From positions 992,001-1,056,000 of the forward strand of contig CAXXTF010000002.1 of assembly GCA_963665775.2 (NCBI GenBank): a stretch of 64,000 nt of DNA, written 5' to 3'. Below are positions 58,624-64,000 of the stretch, one piece after another. The DNA comes from Dehalococcoidia bacterium (GTDB lineage Bacteria > Chloroflexota > Dehalococcoidia > SM23-28-2 > RBG-16-64-32). Every line of letters starts with the position of its first letter. The stretch's first letter is position 1. The translations under genes and the position numbers were made by a program. The notes below the pieces were generated by a model. That model had not been told where the DNA came from and searched no databases. It saw only the letters and a program-made list of their open reading frames with translations.

Positions 58624-58869
58624 ATGCGGGCATACGTACTCATCGAATCCGCCGTAGGGGAGGCGAATGCCGTGGGGAATGGGTTAAGGAAACTGCAGCT
58701 CAAGGACACGGAGGTGATCTCCGTGGACGCGGTGACGGGTCCCTATGACGTTATCGCCCTTCTGGAATCGGAGGACCTGGACACGCTAGGGCAGGCGATA
58801 ACGGACGGCATCCAGCGGGTGGACGGAGTGCAGCGGACGAACACCTGCCTGGTGGTCAAGCTGGGCTAG
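58624..58869 (+). CDS. Lrp/AsnC ligand-binding (RAM) domain protein
   Basis: RAYVLI...VTGPYDVIA...I....GV.RT.T. AAGGAGG RBS. Confidence 0.88.
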   Translation: MRAYVLIESAVGEANAVGNGLRKLQLKDTEVISVDAVTGPYDVIALLESEDLDTLGQAITDGIQRVDGVQRTNTCLVVKLG

Positions 58870-58977
58870 CGGCCCGACCTCTCGGCAGAAGCGCTAGAGT
58901 AGTGGTGGTGACGGCACCGATCTCCTCCGCTGGGGGGGGAATAGCGACTCGTGTGAAGGGATGAGAGGTGAACGCCT

Positions 58978-60273
58978 GTGATCAGCGTTGAAGAGGCTCT
59001 AGAGCGTATCCTCGGCTACGTAGATGTGCTGGGGCCGGAGGAGAAGCCCATCCTGGAGGCCCTGGGGCAAGTCCTGGACGAGGACGTCACGTCGTCCTTC
59101 GACATCCCGCCCCTGGACAATACGGCCATGGATGGCTACGCGGTGCGGGCGGGGGACACGCGGGGAGCCTCCCCCGAAGCACCCGTAGAGCTGCAGGTCG
59201 GGGGAGAGGTGGCCGCCGGCTACGTATTCGAGGGCGAGGTGACGCCGGGAACGGCGGTGCGCATCATGACGGGGGCACCCGTGCCCGCCGGCGCCGATAC
59301 GATCGTGCCCTTCGAGGAGACCGACGAGCCGTTCGAGAAGGCCCCGGAGCAGACCCGAAGGCTGGAAGCGGCCGCCGTGCAGGTGTTCAAGGAGGCGCGG
59401 CTCGGAGCGAACATCCGGCGGGCCGGGGAGGACGTGAACGAGGGGCAGACGTTGATGCGGCGAGGCACCGTGCTGCGCCCCTCCGAGACAGGCGTGCTCG
59501 CCTCCGTGGGCAAGGCCCGGGTGAGGGTGATCCGTCGGCCCGTGGTGGCCGTGCTGTCGACGGGGGACGAGCTGGTGGAGCTAGGCCAGGAGCGGCCCGC
59601 CACCAAGATCTACGATAGCAACGCTTACGGCGTGGGGGCGCTGGTGCAACGCTACGGCGGGGTGCCCCGGCTGTTGGGAATCGCCAAGGACACCGTGGAG
59701 GCGCTGACCGCCAAGATCCACGAGGGGATGGACGCCGACATGATCGTCACCTCCGCCGGGGTGTCCCGGGGCGACTACGATATCGTGAAGGACGTGCTGG
59801 CCCGGGAGGGTGAGATCGACTTCTGGACGGTGGCGATGAAGCCGGGAAAGCCGCTCGCCTTCGGCTGCTTCGAGAGTGACGGGCGGCGCGTCCCGCACAT
59901 CGGCCTCCCGGGCAACCCGGTGAGCTCCATGGTCACGTTCGAGCTGTTCGGGCGACCGGCGCTAATGAAGATGATGGGGAAGACCGACTGGCGACGGTCG
60001 GTGGTGAGGGCCATCGCCGAGGAGCGCATCGTCAACCGGAACGACCCGCGCCTGTTCTACGCCCGCTGCATCGTGACACAGAGGGACGGCAGCTATTACG
60101 CCTCCCTGACAGGGGCGCAGGGCTCCGGGATGCTCACCTCCATGCTCTCCGCCAACGCGCTGACGCTGATGCCGCCAGACGTGGACGTGGTGGAGCCGGG
60201 CGAGGAGATTGACGTCCTGATGCTGGACTGGAGCCGGGGCGAGGAGTGGGGCTCGCGAGGGCAGGAGGCGTAG
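58978..60273 (+). CDS. moeA: Molybdopterin molybdo/tungstotransferase
   Basis: AMDGYAV, IMTGAP.P.GAD, STGDEL, IYDSN, MKPGKP, LPGNPVS and QGSG. Confidence 0.95.
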   Translation: MISVEEALERILGYVDVLGPEEKPILEALGQVLDEDVTSSFDIPPLDNTAMDGYAVRAGDTRGASPEAPVELQVGGEVAAGYVFEGEVTPGTAVRIMTGAPVPAGADTIVPFEETDEPFEKAPEQTRRLEAAAVQVFKEARLGANIRRAGEDVNEGQTLMRRGTVLRPSETGVLASVGKARVRVIRRPVVAVLSTGDELVELGQERPATKIYDSNAYGVGALVQRYGGVPRLLGIAKDTVEALTAKIHEGMDADMIVTSAGVSRGDYDIVKDVLAREGEIDFWTVAMKPGKPLAFGCFESDGRRVPHIGLPGNPVSSMVTFELFGRPALMKMMGKTDWRRSVVRAIAEERIVNRNDPRLFYARCIVTQRDGSYYASLTGAQGSGMLTSMLSANALTLMPPDVDVVEPGEEIDVLMLDWSRGEEWGSRGQEA

Positions 60274-60283
60274 GAGGATAGCC

Positions 60284-60457
60284 TTGGCCGAGGAGCAGAC
60301 GGCGTTGGAGGTTGAGGTGCAGGTCGATGGCATCCGGCGGAGGCTCGTACCCTTTGTCCGGGATATGCGGGCCGGCGCCGTTATCGGGATGATTACCACG
60401 CTGCGCGGGGCGGAAAACGCCCGCGAGATCGAGATCCGGGTGCGACGCCGCTCCTAG
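60284..60457 (+). CDS. 57-aa protein resembling the MobB C-terminal extension domain (absent from the ORF track)
   Basis: AGGAGG RBS + TTG. MAEEQTALEVEVQVDGIRRRLVPFVRDMRAGAVIGMITTLRGAENAREIEIRVRRRS*. Directly after moeA. Confidence 0.6.
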   Translation: MAEEQTALEVEVQVDGIRRRLVPFVRDMRAGAVIGMITTLRGAENAREIEIRVRRRS

Positions 60458-60768
60458 AAGGCGACCCCGAAACGATCATAGGCGTCGGTAGCTTCCCCCC
60501 ATTCGCTCTCGATGCCGGCGACGCGGGAAAGGCGGGGGCCCTCGCGCAGATACTCCAGTAGCTGCTCCAGCTTTGAGCGCTGGCCCTCAGCGATAACCTC
60601 CACAGAGAGACCGTCGGACAGATTACGAACGTAGCCCGTCACGCCCAGGATGCGGGCGCGGGTATAGACGAAGTCACGGAAGCCGACCGCCTGGACGCGG
60701 CCCCGCACGAGGGCGCGGAGCGACACGGCTTTCTGCCCCGACATCGACGAGCCGTCCGAGGTAGTCAT
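60454..60768 (-). CDS. acyP: Acylphosphatase (alternative start at 60744)
   Basis: VRGRVQAVGFR, GYVRN and GPRLSRV. Confidence 0.92.
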   Translation of the reverse strand: MTTSDGSSMSGQKAVSLRALVRGRVQAVGFRDFVYTRARILGVTGYVRNLSDGLSVEVIAEGQRSKLEQLLEYLREGPRLSRVAGIESEWGEATDAYDRFGVAF

Positions 60769-60784
60769 GAGCCTCAGGCGATCG

Positions 60785-62515
60785 CTACGGCCGAAGCACT
60801 TCGTCCAGCGCTTCTTCCACCACGGCGGGCGGCACGTCGTCCCGCAGGACGGTGCGCCCCACATCCTCCAGGAGCACCCAGCGGATCGCTCTGGCCTGGA
60901 CCTTCTTATCCAGAGCCATGGCGGCGGCGATCGCTCCGCGGTCGATGCCCTCCCCGCGGATGGGCAGGCCGAAGCGCTCCAAGAGGCGTCGCTGCCGCTC
61001 GACTACCGCCGGCGAGAGGAGGCCCAGGCGGCGACTGATGCTGGCGGCGGCGGCCATCCCGACGGCCACGGCCTCGCCATGGAGGAAACGGTCGTAGTGG
61101 GTCGCCGCCTCCAGAGCGTGGCCCAGGGTGTGGCCATAGTTGAGAACGGCGCGGCGGCCCGTCTCCTCCCGCTCGTCCTCAGCGACGACGGCGGCCTTGA
61201 TAGCGACGCTGCGACGGATCGCCTCGGTGGTGGGCTCCGGCTCCAACTCGAGGATGAGCTCGGCATTCTCCTCCAGATAGGAGAGGAGCTCGGCGTCGGC
61301 GATGAAGGCGTGCTTGATGACCTCAGCCCAGCCCGAAGCGACCTCGCGGGGGGAGAGGGTGCGCAGGGTGGCGACATCGGAGAGGACCAGGCGCGGCTGG
61401 TAGAAGGCGCCGATAAGGTTCTTGGCCTGCGGGTGGTTGACGCCGACCTTGCCGCCGATGGCCGCGTCGACCATGGCCAGGAGGCTTGTGGGCGCGTGTA
61501 CCAGCGGGAGGCCGCGGGCGAAGGTGGCGGCCACATGGCCGGCCATGTCCGTGATCACACCCCCACCCAGAGCGACGATCGTATGGCCACGCTCGGCCTT
61601 GCGCTCGACGAGCCAGTCGTAGATGGAAGCGGCGGTCTGCAGGGACTTTCTGGCCTCCCCGGCGGGCACGGTGTAGGAATCGACGGGGATGTCGGCCTGG
61701 CGCAGGGCGGCCTCGGCCTGGGGGCCGTAGCGGGCGAAGACCGTCTCATCGCTGATGAGGTAGGCCTGGCCGGTGAGGCCGGCCTCGCGCAGCCGTCGTC
61801 CCAGGTCGAGGAGGGCATCCCAGGCCACGAAGACAGGGTACGAGGCACTGGCGGCATGCACCATGCAGACGGCATCAGCCGGTGCGTAGGCCAGGCCGGT
61901 GACGGGCGCTCCGGCCAAGCCCTGTAGCCGGCCCGGGTCGGCCAGGGCCGTAGCCGAGAGGCGACGCCAGGCACGGACGACCTCCGCGGCCACCCCCTCC
62001 GGCGAGAGGCCGTCGGTGTGGACGGTGTGGTCGGCCAGGGCGTAGAACGGCTGGCGACCCTCCTTCAGCTCGCGGATGCAGCCCAGCGGGTCGGGACCGG
62101 TCAGAAGGGGGCGGCCCAGCGGCTCCTCTGCGGCCCCTTCGTTCAGGCGTTGGAGGATCGTCTCCGGCCTCGCCTCCAGGCAGACGACGAAGCCGCCCTC
62201 GGCCATCAGGCGGCGGTTCTCGGCGCGAAGCACGGCGCCGCCGCCGGTGGAGAGCACGGCGCGGGACTGACCGCAGGCTATGCGCAAGGCGTCTGCCTCC
62301 AGGCCGCGGAAGTAGGGCTCGCCGTCGCGGGCGAAGATGTCGGCGATGGATCGACCGGCGGCCTCCTGGATGAGAGCGTCGGTATCGACGACCGGCCAGC
62401 CCTGTCCTGAGCGAAGTCGAAGGGCTAGACGCCGGGCGACCAGGGGAGCGACGAGGCTCTTGCCGGTGCCCGAGAAGCCGGTGAGGACGATGCGGGTGGG
62501 ACGGCGGAGGGCCAT
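60785..62515 (-). CDS. aroB: Bifunctional shikimate kinase / 3-dehydroquinate synthase (AroK-AroB fusion)
   Basis: N-terminal GFSGTGKS...GEPYFR...STGGG. C-terminal GGGVITD, PTSLLAMVDAAIGGK, KNLIGAFYQP, LNYGHT and HGEAV. Confidence 0.95.
   Translation of the reverse strand: MALRRPTRIVLTGFSGTGKSLVAPLVARRLALRLRSGQGWPVVDTDALIQEAAGRSIADIFARDGEPYFRGLEADALRIACGQSRAVLSTGGGAVLRAENRRLMAEGGFVVCLEARPETILQRLNEGAAEEPLGRPLLTGPDPLGCIRELKEGRQPFYALADHTVHTDGLSPEGVAAEVVRAWRRLSATALADPGRLQGLAGAPVTGLAYAPADAVCMVHAASASYPVFVAWDALLDLGRRLREAGLTGQAYLISDETVFARYGPQAEAALRQADIPVDSYTVPAGEARKSLQTAASIYDWLVERKAERGHTIVALGGGVITDMAGHVAATFARGLPLVHAPTSLLAMVDAAIGGKVGVNHPQAKNLIGAFYQPRLVLSDVATLRTLSPREVASGWAEVIKHAFIADAELLSYLEENAELILELEPEPTTEAIRRSVAIKAAVVAEDEREETGRRAVLNYGHTLGHALEAATHYDRFLHGEAVAVGMAAAASISRRLGLLSPAVVERQRRLLERFGLPIRGEGIDRGAIAAAMALDKKVQARAIRWVLLEDVGRTVLRDDVPPAVVEEALDEVLRP
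62399..62425. repeat. Small palindromic element inserted in frame in the aroK domain
   Basis: GCCCTGTCCTGAGCGAAGTCGAAGGGC with GCCCT/AGGGC ends. It adds ALRLRSGQ into ARRL^GWPVVDTD. Confidence 0.7.
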
Positions 62516-62519
62516 GGGC

Positions 62520-63689
62520 CTAGCCCCCTCGCGGGCCAATAGTCTTCTGGTACCCCTCGTAGTTGCGCTTCGTCTCGGCCAGTGAATCGCCGCCGAACTT
62601 CTCCAGCAGAGCGCGGGCCAGGACGATCGCCACCATCGCCTCGCCGATGACCCCGGCGGCGGGCACGACACAGACATCGGAGCGCTCGTAGTGGGCCTGT
62701 ATCTCCTCGCCGCTGTGGAGGTCGACGGAGGGCAGCGGCTTGGACAGGGTGGAGATGGGCTTCAGCGCCCCCCGCACGAGGACGGGCTCACCGTTGGTCA
62801 TACCGCCCTCCAGGCCGCCGGCGCGGTTGTCGGCCCGGCGCCAGGGGCGGTCGCCCCACTGCTGGGGCGGCAGGATCACGTCGTGGGCCTGCGAGCCGGG
62901 GCCCGCCGCGCCGGCGAAGCCGCCGCCGATCTCGACCCCTTTCACGGCGTGGATACTCATGACGGCCTGAGCCAGGTGGCCATCCAGCTTGCGGTCCCAC
63001 TGGACGTGCGAGCCCAGCCCGATGGGGACGCCGGCAGCCGACACCTCGAATACACCGCCCAGGGTGTCGCCGGCCTCGCGGGCGGCATCGATAGCCTCCA
63101 CCATGCGCTCGGAGGCCTGGGGGTCGGCGCAGCGGACGGGCGACGCCTGCACGGCGTCCCAGTCGGGCTCGCCGTCGGCGCGGGCGGCGACATCGCTGAT
63201 GCTTACGGTACGGGAGTGGACAGCGACGCCGAACTCCTCCAGGCAGCGGCGACAGACAGCGCCCACGGCCACCCGGGCGGCGGTCTCGCGGGCGGAGGCC
63301 CGCTCCAGGACGTTACGGGCATCGTCGAAGCCGTACTTCATGGCGCCCGCCAGGTCGGCGTGGCCGGGACGGAGGCGGGTGACCTTGTTCCTCTCACCCT
63401 CGTAGGGCTCGACTTGCATCACCTCGCTCCAGTCTTCCCACACCCGGTTGGCGACGAGGAGGGCGATGGGGCTGCCCAGGGTGAGGCCGTGCCGCACGCC
63501 GCTCATGATCTCGGCCCGATCCTCCTCGATCTGCTGGCGTTTGGAGCGGCCGTAGCCGCCCTGACGGCGGCGCAGGTCAGAGGCGATGAACTCCTCTGTC
63601 AGGGATAAGCCCGCGGGAATGCCCTCCACGATGGCGGTGAGGGCCTTGCCGTGTGACTCGCCGGCGGTTAGAAAGCGCAGCTCGGTCAT
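62520..63689 (-). CDS. aroC: Chorismate synthase
   Basis: LRFLTAGESHG, RRRQGGYGR, RPGHADL, ERASARET, GGLEGGMTNG and ERSDVC. Confidence 0.97.
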   Translation of the reverse strand: MTELRFLTAGESHGKALTAIVEGIPAGLSLTEEFIASDLRRRQGGYGRSKRQQIEEDRAEIMSGVRHGLTLGSPIALLVANRVWEDWSEVMQVEPYEGERNKVTRLRPGHADLAGAMKYGFDDARNVLERASARETAARVAVGAVCRRCLEEFGVAVHSRTVSISDVAARADGEPDWDAVQASPVRCADPQASERMVEAIDAAREAGDTLGGVFEVSAAGVPIGLGSHVQWDRKLDGHLAQAVMSIHAVKGVEIGGGFAGAAGPGSQAHDVILPPQQWGDRPWRRADNRAGGLEGGMTNGEPVLVRGALKPISTLSKPLPSVDLHSGEEIQAHYERSDVCVVPAAGVIGEAMVAIVLARALLEKFGGDSLAETKRNYEGYQKTIGPRGG

Positions 63690-64000
63690 CGGCCTAGAGC
63701 GGCCTTGTGGCCATTCCCGCTGGGTGCGACGATACCTCTGGGCTCGATGGGGAGCGGCTGGTCCGACTCGCCCAGGAGGTAGCGACCGCCAAAGGCTTCG
63801 ACGATCTCCGTGGCGGTCCACTCGTCCCACTCGACCTGCCGAGCGGCCTCGCGGGTGGCCGGGGTCGAGAGGATGCACTGCCGCTGCGTGGCGCCGTCGG
63901 GATCACGGAAGGTGGTATAGATGTCGATCTGGACCAGATCGGGCTTGAAGTGCGGCAGCTCATAGAAAATCATATCGGCAGCCCGAGCCGTGATCGCCAT
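63686..64000 (-). CDS. Hypothetical protein, C-terminal part; 5' end outside window
   Basis: Open frame to the window edge, with the stop overlapping the aroC ATG. Confidence 0.6.
   Translation of the reverse strand: MAITARAADMIFYELPHFKPDLVQIDIYTTFRDPDGATQRQCILSTPATREAARQVEWDEWTATEIVEAFGGRYLLGESDQPLPIEPRGIVAPSGNGHKAALGR

Noticed and set aside
60767-63608. Long plus-strand ORFs (386 aa and 305 aa) and similar shadow ORFs throughout the window
   Set aside because: They are antisense to well-conserved genes (aroKB, aroC), which is expected in high-GC DNA, and they show no motifs.

Overview
GC-rich bacterial chromosomal window. It is most plausibly Chloroflexota/Dehalococcoidia-like, which is an inference from gene content and protein style rather than from a marker gene. 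The window has two halves. About 1-40 kb is a decaying accessory region. It holds catabolic and redox genes (amidohydrolase, three-gene aldehyde oxidoreductase, CoA-transferase, acyl-CoA dehydrogenase, FNR), two S1C proteases, a DUF1800/DUF1501 pair, an SRPBCC + Tes/GDGT-MAS-family radical SAM pair, a DUF3179 selenoprotein split by an in-frame UGA with a SECIS-like hairpin, a dead IS3 element and many gene remnants with in-frame stops or frameshifts. About 41-64 kb is intact and core-like (pyk, hpt, infC-rpmI-rplT, pheST, moeA, acyP, aroKB, aroC). Main highlights: (1) a compact spt-bcerS-cerR-like ceramide/sphingolipid operon next to a flippase-like and a PAP2 gene, in a likely monoderm lineage; (2) Hpt fused to a PD-(D/E)xK nuclease-like domain and a 186-bp tandem-repeat Arg/Gly-rich tail, followed by an unannotated ~120-nt structured RNA candidate with its own sigma70-type promoter; (3) a tetraether-synthase-family radical SAM; (4) a hidden selenoprotein; (5) a 24-bp palindromic element inserted in frame in aroK. 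No rRNA, tRNA or CRISPR array was found. All family assignments come from motif recognition, not database searches.
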